Assembly (NCBI GenBank): GCA_020353155.1
Contig: CP070689.1
Location: 1,038,302 to 1,102,301, forward strand
DNA from: Deltaproteobacteria bacterium
GTDB lineage: Bacteria; Desulfobacterota; Syntrophobacteria; BM002
Direction: 5' to 3'
DNA: 64,000 bases
Shown here piece after piece: positions 1-9,774 of this stretch (its first letter is position 1; each line of letters begins with the position of its first letter). Under the pieces are notes generated by a model. The model saw nothing but the letters and a program-made list of their open reading frames with translations, made no database searches and was not told the DNA's origin. The translations under genes were made by a program, and so were the position numbers.

Positions 1-414
1 GCAGTCAGAAGGATTACCCCCAGGACCAGGGGGGATAAAGTCACCAGAAAAGGTCAGACCTGTCCGCCATATACGGTCAGTACGGTAACCGCAAAGATGT
101 AATGCAAAGCAACTCGCAACATAAAACTGACCTCAGGCTCGAAAAGCAGCTTTATGGTTTGGCATTTCTCTTAACCTCATCTATCCTAATCATGACTCGA
201 AATTAATAGTAAGGTCTAACTGTCCGGATTTCAACTCTAACTATATTAAAGAACAACGGATCTGCTTGGTTTCAGGAAAAGTTTACCTCTTTTAGCCTTT
301 ATAGAAATAATCTTGTATACTACTTAAGATTCTATAGATTTTTAGTGTGGTATTATGTTTCATGTAACTATCGTGCCTTAGTACCTTAGTTAAACGTGGG
401 AGGAGCTTTCTGTC

Positions 415-2940
415 ATGGGAAAGGTTAAACCCCCTGTGGTAAACAGGTCGCTTTGGTCCTGGATCTTAACTAGCAATTTAAAACTCCAGGCATTGCTGCT
501 AGTGGTCATTGTAATTGCTGTTTTTACCCGGGTCCTTCCTCTGGAGATGCAGAAGAGAATTGTCAATGAGGCTATTCGTTTCGGTGAACTGGAGTTGCTT
601 TTTCGCTACTGTGGACTGTATCTCGCCGCGGTTGTTCTTGCCGTCAGTTTGAAATACCTCATCAACGTACTGCAAAATCTCATTGGCGAGACCGTTTTGG
701 CAGATATGAGAAAGGAACTCTACCATCACATTCTCACTCTACCCCTAAATTTTTTCAGAAAAACCCAACCCGGCTTGGTAGTCTCGTCCTTGGTGACAGA
801 GTTGGCCACCGCGGGCAACTTCGTAGGTATGGCCATAGCCGTGCCGGTGACTAGTGTTTTAACCCTGTTGGCCTTTGCGGCCTTCCTCCTCTGGCTGAAC
901 CCCCTGCTGGCAGTTATCTCTCTTAGCATCTATCCACTGGTCTTGTTTCTGGTACCTATGGTCCAGAGGAGAGCCAACCTAGCCAACAAGGAGCGAGTGG
1001 ACGTTACTAGGACCCTATCTGGAAAAATTGGAGAGGCTATCACTGGTATCCACGAGATTCACGGCAATGGGTCTTACCGAATAGAAAACCGCAAATACGA
1101 CAAGATGGTCGAGGCCTTACGCAAAGTCAGAGTGAGCTGGAACCTTTATAAATTTGGGGTCAAGGTATTAAACAATTTCTTCAACAACCTAAGCCCTTTT
1201 CTGATCTTTATCGTTGGGGGTTACCTAGCCATAAAAGGAAGATTGGATTTGGGTGCTCTGGTTGCCTTTATATCCGCCCAGGAAAAGCTGTATGAGCCTT
1301 GGAAAGAACTGATAGAATTCTATCAGGTTTATCAGGATGCCACTGTTCGTTACAGCCGGACCATGGAGTACTTTGACACCCAGCCAGAGCACACTCTCGA
1401 ACCCGAAGACCGTGAGCCTTATGAGTTGGCAGGGAGCATAGAGGTCAAGGACCTGTCCTTTGTGGCTGAGGGTGGTATTCAACTCTTGGATAATATCAAT
1501 CTCACCTTAAAACCAGGAGAACAACTTGCCTTGGTTGGTTTTTCCGGCAGTGGTAAGTCCACACTGGCCCAATGCATTGGACAGCTTTACAGGTACACGA
1601 GCGGTCATGTTCTCTTGGGTGGTAAGGAGGTAAAAGATCTATCGAAGAAAGACGTGATTTACAACACGGGTTTTGTCTCGCAAACACCTTTTACCTTTGA
1701 AGGGACTATCAGAGAAAATCTGCTCTACTCGTGTGCCGCAGTTGTTAATGGTGGTGAAACTCTTGAGGTTGAGGCCATGCCCAGTTTGGACGACATGATC
1801 GAAACTCTGCAGCAGACTGGGATCTTTGTGGATGTCCTAAGATTCGGCCTCAATACCATTCTCTTATATGATGAACACCAGGAGTTGGCTGCAAAACTTG
1901 TTCGTGTTCGCGAGAACTTTAGGCGTGATTTTGGCGAGGAGTTGGCAGATTACGTGGAGTTTTTCGACGAGGACGAATACCTTTATCATTCCAACGTTGC
2001 AGTAAATTTGACTTTCGGCTCCGCCAACAAGGAAAACTACACAGTGGAAAAATTGCCCGAAAATGACTACTTCAGGCAGTTTACAGATGAGGCCGATCTT
2101 ACCAGACCGCTATTAACTCTCGGAGCCGACCTCTGCAGACAAACAGTGGATATTTTGGGCAATCTGCCACCCGAAAATGTCTTTTTTGAACAAAGCCCCA
2201 TAGGTCCACATGAGTTGGAGGATTATAAAGAGCTGGCAAAACGGATTGCTAAGAAAAGACTACACCAACTAACCTCCCAGGATCAGACTAGCCTCTTACG
2301 ATTAGCGCTGCGTTTTACCCCTGGCATACACAAGATGGTAAGAATGCCAAGCATTTTTGAAGAGTTTATTCTCGAGAGTCGTGCCCTATTCAAAGAGAAG
2401 ATTTCTGAGGACGATCCGAAGGCTATCACTTTTTATCAAACCTCGGAGTACATCTATTCAAAAACCATTCTGGACAATATACTTTTTGGTAAGACCAAAA
2501 CGGTTAATCCACATGCCGAGGAGAAAATCAACCAGTCAATAATTCAAGTACTTATAGAAGAAGATTTACTAGAGACCATTGTTGAAATAGGCATGGAATT
2601 CCAGGTGGGCAGTAAAGGTGACAGGCTCTCCGGCGGCCAACGTCAGAAACTAGCCATAGCTCGCATTTTCCTCAAGGCACCCGGGGTGCTAATCATGGAT
2701 GAGGCTACCTCGGCTCTGGACAATAATTCTCAGTCCCGCATCCAGGGTCTGCTTGATAGCAGATGGAAGGGAAAAAGCACACTGATTGCCGTTGTCCACC
2801 GCTTGGACATCATCAAGGGCTATGACAAGATTGCAGTAATGAAGGCGGGAAGAATCGGTGAAATAGGGACCTACGAAGAACTGATGAACAGGAAGGGGAT
2901 GTTGTATGAACTCATCTATGGAAAGAAGGCAGCAGTCTGA
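415..2940 (+). CDS. ABC exporter (fused permease + ATPase) with a large insertion inside the nucleotide-binding domain
   Basis: 841-aa ORF. N-terminal half is hydrophobic helices. Walker A GFSGSGKST, Q-loop VSQTP (Q423), signature LSGGQRQK (L738), Walker B LIMDEATSALD, H-loop VVHRL. Confidence 0.85.
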   Translation: MGKVKPPVVNRSLWSWILTSNLKLQALLLVVIVIAVFTRVLPLEMQKRIVNEAIRFGELELLFRYCGLYLAAVVLAVSLKYLINVLQNLIGETVLADMRKELYHHILTLPLNFFRKTQPGLVVSSLVTELATAGNFVGMAIAVPVTSVLTLLAFAAFLLWLNPLLAVISLSIYPLVLFLVPMVQRRANLANKERVDVTRTLSGKIGEAITGIHEIHGNGSYRIENRKYDKMVEALRKVRVSWNLYKFGVKVLNNFFNNLSPFLIFIVGGYLAIKGRLDLGALVAFISAQEKLYEPWKELIEFYQVYQDATVRYSRTMEYFDTQPEHTLEPEDREPYELAGSIEVKDLSFVAEGGIQLLDNINLTLKPGEQLALVGFSGSGKSTLAQCIGQLYRYTSGHVLLGGKEVKDLSKKDVIYNTGFVSQTPFTFEGTIRENLLYSCAAVVNGGETLEVEAMPSLDDMIETLQQTGIFVDVLRFGLNTILLYDEHQELAAKLVRVRENFRRDFGEELADYVEFFDEDEYLYHSNVAVNLTFGSANKENYTVEKLPENDYFRQFTDEADLTRPLLTLGADLCRQTVDILGNLPPENVFFEQSPIGPHELEDYKELAKRIAKKRLHQLTSQDQTSLLRLALRFTPGIHKMVRMPSIFEEFILESRALFKEKISEDDPKAITFYQTSEYIYSKTILDNILFGKTKTVNPHAEEKINQSIIQVLIEEDLLETIVEIGMEFQVGSKGDRLSGGQRQKLAIARIFLKAPGVLIMDEATSALDNNSQSRIQGLLDSRWKGKSTLIAVVHRLDIIKGYDKIAVMKAGRIGEIGTYEELMNRKGMLYELIYGKKAAV

Positions 2941-3433
2941 GTCCAGTGAGTTTCAGCAGAATCTGGAGGAATTACGGCAGATGGATTTTTTCTCAGCCCT
3001 GTCTATTGAAGCTCTCAAAGTGTTTGCCTATCTTTTCACTAGGGAGAAATTCAAGCCTGGAGATCATCTCATTCATCAAGAAGATAATGACGGCAAAGCC
3101 TTCTATATTCTCTCCGGAACAGCCGTTGTAGTTAGGCAGGATGAAAGAGGTGAAACAAACTTGGGGGAATTCGGTGAGGGAGATTTTTTGGGGGGTTTGG
3201 CACTATTGGGGGACATGCGTCGTCTTTTCTCTGTAAGGGCCCACACCGACCTTTTGTGCCTAGTGATGACCAGGGAGAAGTTCACTAAAGCAATAGAACA
3301 ATTCCCAGAACTTGTGCCAAGAGTTATGGAGACCATGGTTAAGCGCGTTCGTTTGTGGGAAAAGAGGCTCTTGCTTGAACATGGGGGACTCTGCGACCAA
3401 TGTCGAAAAAAAGTCGGTGTAAGCTTGATATAA
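2906..3433 (+). CDS. cyclic-nucleotide-binding domain protein
   Basis: 175-aa ORF whose start overlaps the ABC gene 3' end. cNMP beta-barrel motifs FGEGDFLGGLALLGDMRRLFSVRA. An alternative in-frame ATG at 2918 is possible. Confidence 0.75.
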   Translation: MNSSMERRQQSESSEFQQNLEELRQMDFFSALSIEALKVFAYLFTREKFKPGDHLIHQEDNDGKAFYILSGTAVVVRQDERGETNLGEFGEGDFLGGLALLGDMRRLFSVRAHTDLLCLVMTREKFTKAIEQFPELVPRVMETMVKRVRLWEKRLLLEHGGLCDQCRKKVGVSLI

Positions 3434-3492
3434 ACAAGCTAAAATCCATTACTTGGTAGTAGTGGTTCAGCTTTCGGCTAAGAAGAGGCTGA

Positions 3493-3948
3493 TTGTTGAA
3501 CACTCATGAAAAGGTTGCAGTTATGATTGCGGATAGAGTTTCATTAGAGCTGAAAAACAGCCTTTCCGAACTAGATACCCTAGGCCAAAGCCTGCAGCAG
3601 TTTGGAGAAGCGCTAGGCGTGGCCAACAAGACCTTATTTCAAATCTGTCTCGCCCTGGAGGAGATTTTCAGCAATATCATATCCTATGGGTACGCCGACG
3701 ATGCTGTTCACTGGATCAAAATCACCATTTCACATGAAAAAGGGATTCTTACAATACGGTTGGAGGATGACGGCATTCCTTTTAATCCCCTGTGGGCGCA
3801 AAAGCCAGATTGTGAATGTCCCTTGGAGGAACGAAAGGTAGGCAACCTAGGCATCCACCTTTGCAAAAAGGTTATGGATGACATGATATATGAAAGATTT
3901 GGGAACAAGAACGTGCTAACCCTAAAAAAGGACATAAAGAACACGTAG
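3493..3948 (+). CDS. RsbW/SpoIIAB-like anti-sigma serine kinase (HATPase_c)
   Basis: N-box-like EEIFSNIISYG, G1 LEDDGIPFNP, G2 GNLGIHLCKKVMD. AAGAGG lies upstream of TTG 3493. The alternative ATG 3523 is in frame. Confidence 0.7.
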   Translation: MLNTHEKVAVMIADRVSLELKNSLSELDTLGQSLQQFGEALGVANKTLFQICLALEEIFSNIISYGYADDAVHWIKITISHEKGILTIRLEDDGIPFNPLWAQKPDCECPLEERKVGNLGIHLCKKVMDDMIYERFGNKNVLTLKKDIKNT

Positions 3949-4061
3949 TTGTAGATTTACGATTTTGAGTCAGTTTTATGAGAGCTTCAGCCAAGGTCGG
4001 AGCGGTTGATCCCATGTTCCGGGAGGAGCCGTTGCAGTAAGATAGAAGGAGGGGAGGATAA

Positions 4062-4394
4062 ATGGAAGTAGTTGAGAAAAGACAGGAAGAAATTTGTATT
4101 TTGGGACTCCTTGGGCGCCTTGATTCGAATACGTCTCCGGGATTCGAGAAAAAAATCTTTGAAGTAATCGGTGATGGTACTAAGAGTTTAGTGGTGGATT
4201 TTGCGAGCTTGGATTACATTTCCAGTGCCGGATTGCGGGTACTGTTAAAAGCGGCCAAGGAACTAAAACGTTCCGATGGAAAGATTGTGCTTTGTTCCAT
4301 GAAGGATTACATCAAGGAGGTCTTTGAGATAGCCGGATTTGTTTCCCTCTTTCCCATAACCTCCTCGGTGGGAGATGCTGTGAAAGAGTTTTAG
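4062..4394 (+). CDS. STAS-domain anti-sigma-factor antagonist (SpoIIAA/RsbV-like)
   Basis: 110 aa. DYISSAGLRVLL motif with the conserved phosphorylatable Ser. Strong RBS AAGGAGGGGAGG before the ATG. Confidence 0.8.
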   Translation: MEVVEKRQEEICILGLLGRLDSNTSPGFEKKIFEVIGDGTKSLVVDFASLDYISSAGLRVLLKAAKELKRSDGKIVLCSMKDYIKEVFEIAGFVSLFPITSSVGDAVKEF

Positions 4395-4783
4395 CCAGGA
4401 TGTTTCATGTTTTGGTGAAAAGGTCTGGGTTTGATGCTAAGATCACCAATCCCTTTAGCCTTGGCGGATCGCAGCCGCACTGCTAGGAGGTTAAAGTCCC
4501 AGTTGGCGCACTTCGCAATTTAAAAAGTATAGCAATATATATCTAAATTGAGAACATAGGTTTAATTTCCCCTCACTCACGGACTGACTGAACAATTCGG
4601 TAAGATTGCCATATAGATAGATAACCTTTGTAGGCAAATTAAGTTATCGTCATCATTATAAAATTTAGAACTATCGTAACACTCTAAAGAAGGAAGACCT
4701 TGTGGCTTCCTTTTTTTCTTGTGGCACGAATCATGCTTTCTACTTTAGTTATAAAAGAAATGCGGAATGGGAAGGAGAACCCC

Positions 4784-5329
4784 ATGGAGGAATTTCATCA
4801 TGAAACGGTGCTCGACTACCTGCAGAGCCTTAAAGGGCTGGGCCCCGAACAGTTTCTGGCAACATATAAGCGGCCGTTCTTGGTAGAGAATTATCTGGCC
4901 CCCTCCAGCAAAATAAAGTTAGCCAGGGTGGAAACAATCTCAGAACTTGAATTGAATGACCTCCACCCGTCTAGCAGCAAGGGAGAAGACGAATCCCTCC
5001 TGCAGGCACGAGTGATAACTCTGCAAAAGAGAGACATTGATTCGTCTGAGCGTATGATTTTCGTGGGGCGTTCCGCCAATAACGATATAGTCCTACCAAA
5101 CAAGATGGTATCAAAACTTCACGCCTACTTTCGTCAAGTTCCCGGCAGCGGAGTTGTCCAGTTAGTTGACATGAACTCCACCAACGGTACTTTTGTCAAT
5201 GGGACCAAACTAGCGCCGTCAGTTAAGTCAAGCTTACAGGACGAAGATGTGATATCCTTTGGTCCCGAAACCAAACTGGAATTCTTCAGCCCTGCCTCCT
5301 TCTGTCGACTACTTCAGGAGCTTTCCTAA
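4784..5329 (+). CDS. FHA-domain protein
   Basis: C-terminal FHA signature GRSANNDIVLPNKMVSKLHAYF...STNGTFVNG. Start moved to ATG 4784, which follows GGAAGGAGAA. The track ORF starts at TTG 4700. Confidence 0.75.
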   Translation: MEEFHHETVLDYLQSLKGLGPEQFLATYKRPFLVENYLAPSSKIKLARVETISELELNDLHPSSSKGEDESLLQARVITLQKRDIDSSERMIFVGRSANNDIVLPNKMVSKLHAYFRQVPGSGVVQLVDMNSTNGTFVNGTKLAPSVKSSLQDEDVISFGPETKLEFFSPASFCRLLQELS

Positions 5330-5479
5330 CCCGGATATTTGCTGAATTGTCCTTTGGCTAAGTATCATGTCTAGGTTAAAAGATTGAACAAACCCAGATA
5401 ATAATTTTCTTGACCAATTAATCACAATAATGTAAATTGTCCAACATAGGGAGATGCCAGTCTCCCTTGGTGCCCCTTG

Positions 5480-5525
5480 CCCCTATCGGCCATCGTGCGC
5501 CGGGCCGATAGGGGATCTTTTTTTG
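5480..5525 (+). terminator. Rho-independent terminator candidate
   Basis: 12-bp perfect stem CCCCTATCGGCC / GGCCGATAGGGG followed by ATCTTTTTTT. Confidence 0.6.
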
Positions 5526-5532
5526 TAGCCAA

Positions 5533-6504
5533 TCAATAGAAAATTGTCCGCGTTCGATGATAGGGCAGGGCACGATAGGCATCCTCTTGCCCCAAATGCC
5601 AAAGCCAGGTATCCAGCTGAGGGGAATTTACTCTGAACCCCTGACTGGTGAGCTCCTGTCGCAGCAGTTCCACAGCCCAAATCGTCGTCGCTCGGATCTC
5701 CACCTCTTCAGGACTACCCGCGGGTATATGCACCAGGTTTTGGATGAGATCCGCCAGTTTTGGTTTGTAGTGCAGTATACCCAGATGGCGAAGGACCTGG
5801 GGCAATTTATAGTCAGCGAAACAGGTTAGGTGATCCAAATCACGGAAATTTCCCCAGGACTGACCCGAGAAGGTGGTGTAAAGATCGTGCACCAGCAATT
5901 GGGCCCGTTTGTAAAAATAGACCTTCTTGCCGCCGTATGTGGCTGTGTCGTTGAAGCTGGGAAACTCCTCTGCTAACAAATCAATTAGCACTATGGCCGA
6001 GCCGGCGGCCTCCTCAAGCACGTGAATAAAGCTCCCCTGGAATCTATCGAGTAAAACCTGTCCAGCCTGACGAAGATTTTGTAACCTTTCCGCAAAGAGG
6101 GGAATTTGTCCTCTCCCCCTAAAGATGTGAGCCAAGGTCTCTGAGTCTAGGTCGGCAAGAGTTGTTGCTCGGTGGATGGGAAATCCCTCCTCCATGGCAC
6201 GTTTAAGGCTGGCAGCCAGTGCCCAGTAACCGGAGAGCGCTTCATCGTTGTAATGAACAGTCCAGAGCGCTGAGTCCACATCTGGCCAGAAGCAATGGTT
6301 GACAGTATCAACTAAGAAAAGCCACTCTGCGGTGGCACCGGTGGAGTCAAAAAAGTGGTATGGGGCAGGCCCAAGGGCGAGGGGCGAGATCTCGAGATGT
6401 GAACTATCAGCTAGAAGGTCTGATATGGCCTCAGTGTCTATGTGCACATGTTTGCTGTGTTCCACAACTGCTAGACAAGAGGAGAGAACAGAAAGGAGGC
6501 TCAT
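5533..6504 (-). CDS. queuosine salvage family protein (DUF2419 / Qng1-like)
   Basis: 323 aa. Motifs VNHCFWPD, YFYKRAQLLVHDLY and LTCFADYKLPQVLRHLGIL are typical of DUF2419. Confidence 0.7.
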   Translation of the reverse strand: MSLLSVLSSCLAVVEHSKHVHIDTEAISDLLADSSHLEISPLALGPAPYHFFDSTGATAEWLFLVDTVNHCFWPDVDSALWTVHYNDEALSGYWALAASLKRAMEEGFPIHRATTLADLDSETLAHIFRGRGQIPLFAERLQNLRQAGQVLLDRFQGSFIHVLEEAAGSAIVLIDLLAEEFPSFNDTATYGGKKVYFYKRAQLLVHDLYTTFSGQSWGNFRDLDHLTCFADYKLPQVLRHLGILHYKPKLADLIQNLVHIPAGSPEEVEIRATTIWAVELLRQELTSQGFRVNSPQLDTWLWHLGQEDAYRALPYHRTRTIFY

Positions 6505-6573
6505 GAGCTCGATGGTCTAGTGTCTATAAGGCAAGATTTGGCTGGTCTATTTGGTTAAATTGCTCCACTTTAA

Positions 6574-6999
6574 CTAAGAACTGGCCAAGGATGCAGCCTG
6601 CAAAGTAATCCGGCGCAGCCTTTGCACAAGGGTTCGGATGATTTTGCGAAAGTCGGGTGAGAGACTGTCGTATTCCCGCCTTAGTTTGTCGCGATCTATT
6701 ACCCCCAATTTGACTTCTCCCTCAGCTACCACTGTGGCCGAACGTGGTTCTTTGCCCATGTCCAAGAACTCAAGTTCACCAATGAATTCCCCCTCGCCGA
6801 GCTTGGCAACGGTTACTTTGCCTTTTGGAGTATTCTTGGTCACCTTAACTTGGCCCTCCATGATTACATACACCCAATCGCTGAATCCTCCTTCATCAAA
6901 GATAACCGTCCCGTCCGAGTGCGTTTCTTCATCACGAATATACAGCAGATCTATCACTTGAATCTCCTTCCGCCTTGGCATTAAATCTGGTGAATACAA
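6574..6999 (-). CDS. stand-alone cyclic-nucleotide-binding domain protein
   Basis: 141 aa. GEGEFIGELEFLD...RSATVVA. No HTH or other output domain. Confidence 0.75.
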   Translation of the reverse strand: MYSPDLMPRRKEIQVIDLLYIRDEETHSDGTVIFDEGGFSDWVYVIMEGQVKVTKNTPKGKVTVAKLGEGEFIGELEFLDMGKEPRSATVVAEGEVKLGVIDRDKLRREYDSLSPDFRKIIRTLVQRLRRITLQAASLASS

Positions 7000-7237
7000 G
7001 TTAGTATAGTGTTTTTACTTGCCCTTGTTCAAGCCAAAAGCACAAACTTGAAGCAGACACACCCGGAGAACCAATCATTGATCTGGTCTCAGAGCGAGTT
7101 TGTTGGGCAGCAATGGCAGCTAGTTGCAGAAGTGATGGAGCGAGAGTTATTAGAGATTGTTGATTGCAGATTTCAGATTTTAGATTTAAGATTACAGGCT
7201 GTGAAAACACTAAAGCTTAAAATTTAGGAGCCAATCA

Positions 7238-8749
7238 ATGCGAGTCAGTGATTTCCCGGTTGACATTCAGCCCCATCTTTTTCCTCAGCCTTCAGGCGAT
7301 CTGATTTATCGCTGCCTACAGTGCGAGGAAATCTTTAACATTGAATCGCTACTCTATACTTGCCCTGAGTGCAAAAGCGTCCTCTTGATCGAAGATCGTG
7401 AATGGCAAAGGTTGAAAGAGTTCAGCGGTTCATTCTGGCGGCGTCTGTTTGACTACCGCAAGATGCTCAACCACCCTGCCTTAAAGGGGATTTTCCTTTA
7501 CTACGAGATAATTGCTCCAGTGATACCGCTGGAAGACATTATTTACCTGGGGGAGGGTCATACCCCGGTAGTTCAAGCAAACGATGGACTAAGAGATTGG
7601 GTGGGAGTTGATTTCTATTTCAAAAATGACGGGCAGAACCCGAGCGCTTCCTTCAAGGATAGAGGAATGGCATGTGCCCTGAGCTATTTGAATTATCTGG
7701 TGCGCAGTCAAAACTTAACCGAGGTGTTGTCCATATGTGCCTCCACGGGAGACACTTCAGCTGCTGCAGCACTCTACTCTGCCTACATGAGCAAAAAGGT
7801 TAAATCAGCGGTCTTATTGCCACACAAGAAGGTCACACCCCAACAAATCTCTCAGCCTCTGGGAAGCGGTGCGCGGGTGTTCGAGATCCCGGGAGTATTT
7901 GACGACTGCATGAAGGTAGTAGAGCATCTTGCTGATAATTACCATGTGGCACTGCTGAATTCAAAAAACGCCTGGCGCATTCAAGGGCAAGAGTCCTACT
8001 CCTTTGAAGTAGCTCAGAGTTTTGACTATGACCTGGCAAACAAGGTGGTGCTGGTGCCCATCGGTAACGCCGGCAATATTACCGCAATAATGGGAGGGTT
8101 TCTAAAATTGCTCGACCTTGGAGTGATAGATACTCTGCCCAAGATTATTGGCGTCCAGTCGGAGCATGCCGATCCAGTTTACAGATACTACAGAGAGACC
8201 GACCCAAGTAAGCGTATTTTTCGCCCCGTCACTGTCAAACCCAGTGTGGCCCAAGCGGCCATGATAGGCAATCCGGTTTCCATGCCCAGGGTAATACGTT
8301 TGGTTGAAGCTTACGAACAGGTTCCAAACAGTCCCGGGGTTTTTGTAGTGCAGGTAAGTGAACAGGAGATTATGGACTGCCAACTCATTGCTAACCGAAA
8401 TGGCCATATCGCTTGTACTCAAGGGGGAGAATGTTTGGCTGGTTTGCTCAGAGCCCGAAAAGAAGGGATTGTATCAGATCAGGAGGTGGCGGTTCTCGAT
8501 GCCACCGCTCATGCGCTCAAGTTTGCCGGATTCCAAGAGAGTTATTTTGGCGACAATTTGAACGGAGCCTATGAAATTGTGCCCAAAGATGAATTGAGGA
8601 ATTTTCCCACCTTGGTCGAAGCTCCTGGGGTGGAAAGGCTGCCCGCACCGGGAAAGCCCTTATCTGAAGATGAGTTTCAGAAATTCGTGGTGGCGACCGC
8701 CAGGGAAATTGCCCGAGAACTTGATCTGAAAGAGAAAGGGTCGGGGTAG
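7238..8749 (+). CDS. threonine-synthase-like PLP enzyme with N-terminal zinc ribbon
   Basis: 503 aa. CLQCEE...CPECKS ribbon. PLP-lysine motif SFKDRG. Fold-type II glycine-rich loop PIGNAGNITA. Confidence 0.65.
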   Translation: MRVSDFPVDIQPHLFPQPSGDLIYRCLQCEEIFNIESLLYTCPECKSVLLIEDREWQRLKEFSGSFWRRLFDYRKMLNHPALKGIFLYYEIIAPVIPLEDIIYLGEGHTPVVQANDGLRDWVGVDFYFKNDGQNPSASFKDRGMACALSYLNYLVRSQNLTEVLSICASTGDTSAAAALYSAYMSKKVKSAVLLPHKKVTPQQISQPLGSGARVFEIPGVFDDCMKVVEHLADNYHVALLNSKNAWRIQGQESYSFEVAQSFDYDLANKVVLVPIGNAGNITAIMGGFLKLLDLGVIDTLPKIIGVQSEHADPVYRYYRETDPSKRIFRPVTVKPSVAQAAMIGNPVSMPRVIRLVEAYEQVPNSPGVFVVQVSEQEIMDCQLIANRNGHIACTQGGECLAGLLRARKEGIVSDQEVAVLDATAHALKFAGFQESYFGDNLNGAYEIVPKDELRNFPTLVEAPGVERLPAPGKPLSEDEFQKFVVATAREIARELDLKEKGSG

Positions 8750-8752
8750 CCG

Positions 8753-9277
8753 ATGAACCTTTCATTCAGAGGTGTTGAGCCGGTGGTAGATCCCAGCGTG
8801 TATGTGGCCCCTGGAGCTGTCATCATAGGGGATGTGGTCATCGGCCCAGAGTCGAGCATTTGGTTTGGAACTGTAGTTCGTGCCGACGTGCACTACATTC
8901 GCATCGGGGCCCAAACTAATATCCAAGACCAGTGTATATTGCATGTAACTGGTGGGACCCACCCACTGAATGTGGGTAACCGGATTACTGTAGGACACAG
9001 GGCTATCATTCACGGTTGCACTATTGAAGACGGTTGTCTTATTGGCATGGGGGCAGTGTTATTGGATGGCTGTCACGTGGGTAGTGAAGCCATAGTAGCT
9101 GCAGGATCTGTGGTGTCAGAAGGAAGCCACATTCCCCCCCGCACTCTTGCCATGGGATTACCTGCAGAACCTCGCCGAGCGATTACCGAAAAGGAACTGG
9201 CCCGGGCTAAGTACTCTGCCTCGCATTACATAGAGCTCGCCCAGATATACCGACGTGAGCATACTCCCGAGGCATAG
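8753..9277 (+). CDS. gamma-carbonic-anhydrase-family / hexapeptide-repeat protein (YrdA/PaaY-like)
   Basis: 174 aa. Left-handed beta-helix repeats (VIIGDVVIGPESSIWFGTVVRAD...). Starts 4 nt after the upstream stop. Confidence 0.8.
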   Translation: MNLSFRGVEPVVDPSVYVAPGAVIIGDVVIGPESSIWFGTVVRADVHYIRIGAQTNIQDQCILHVTGGTHPLNVGNRITVGHRAIIHGCTIEDGCLIGMGAVLLDGCHVGSEAIVAAGSVVSEGSHIPPRTLAMGLPAEPRRAITEKELARAKYSASHYIELAQIYRREHTPEA

Positions 9278-9396
9278 AGCATGGGGCATGGAGCATAGAG
9301 TCATTTCTCATTGCTCATTTCTCATTGCACATTTGAAGCTAAGGAGCACTATACAAAAATGAGAAATGAAAAATCCTAAATGCGAAATGTGAAATT
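9271..9396. repeat. word-array palindrome (GGCATAGA-type array, then CATTTCTC / GAGAAATG hairpin)
   Basis: GGCATAGAGCATGGGGCATGGAGCATAGAG overlaps the stop codon. Arms 9302-9334 and 9357-9395 are inverted degenerate 8-mer arrays. Confidence 0.8.
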
Positions 9397-9433
9397 ACAT
9401 GGTGCCTTGCTGGATTACTCTTTGCTCTCCGCA

Positions 9434-9700
9434 CTAGGCCTTGGCAGGTTTCCTCCAGCGGTCAGATGGATTGAGGTAATATTGGCGCATCTGGTTGGCA
9501 TCGAGTGCCTCGAATATTATGCGGTGGCGGTTAAGTTCTTCCAGAGCACTTAAAAGCGCCTCGGGTTTGTCATTCCAAAATGTTCCCGCCGACTCAATGG
9601 TGATTGGCGTACCGCTTTCGGCCAGATTGCAGATTAATATGTAAGCCGAAGTAGCTTCCACAGACAAATTTAAACTAAAAATCTTCCTATCCATAACCAT
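9434..9700 (-). CDS. hypothetical protein (88 aa)
   Basis: Clean ORF in an otherwise non-coding gap. No recognisable motif. Confidence 0.4.
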   Translation of the reverse strand: MVMDRKIFSLNLSVEATSAYILICNLAESGTPITIESAGTFWNDKPEALLSALEELNRHRIIFEALDANQMRQYYLNPSDRWRKPAKA

Positions 9701-9774
9701 CGATCTCCTTGTTCTCTAGAGCGGGTAACAGAGACTATAATAATAGCTGCTGAAGCACAAGGAAAGACGTCGAG

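Noticed and set aside
1-102. Possible 3' end of a + strand CDS (frame 1 is open to a TAA ending at position 102) and a minus-strand ORF at the window edge
   Set aside because: The fragment is too short, has no motif, and the minus-strand frames have no credible start. It cannot be supported.
7001-7227. ORFs 7001..7210 - and 7009..7227 + in the cNMP/ThrC divergent spacer. Similar short ORFs lie at 13574..13795, 19713..19910, 23654..23917, 39123..39308, 54912..55145, 60808..61077, 63375..63599 and 63628..63810.
   Set aside because: They overlap word-array repeats or promoter regions, lack RBS and motifs, and several are mirror pairs produced by palindromic DNA.
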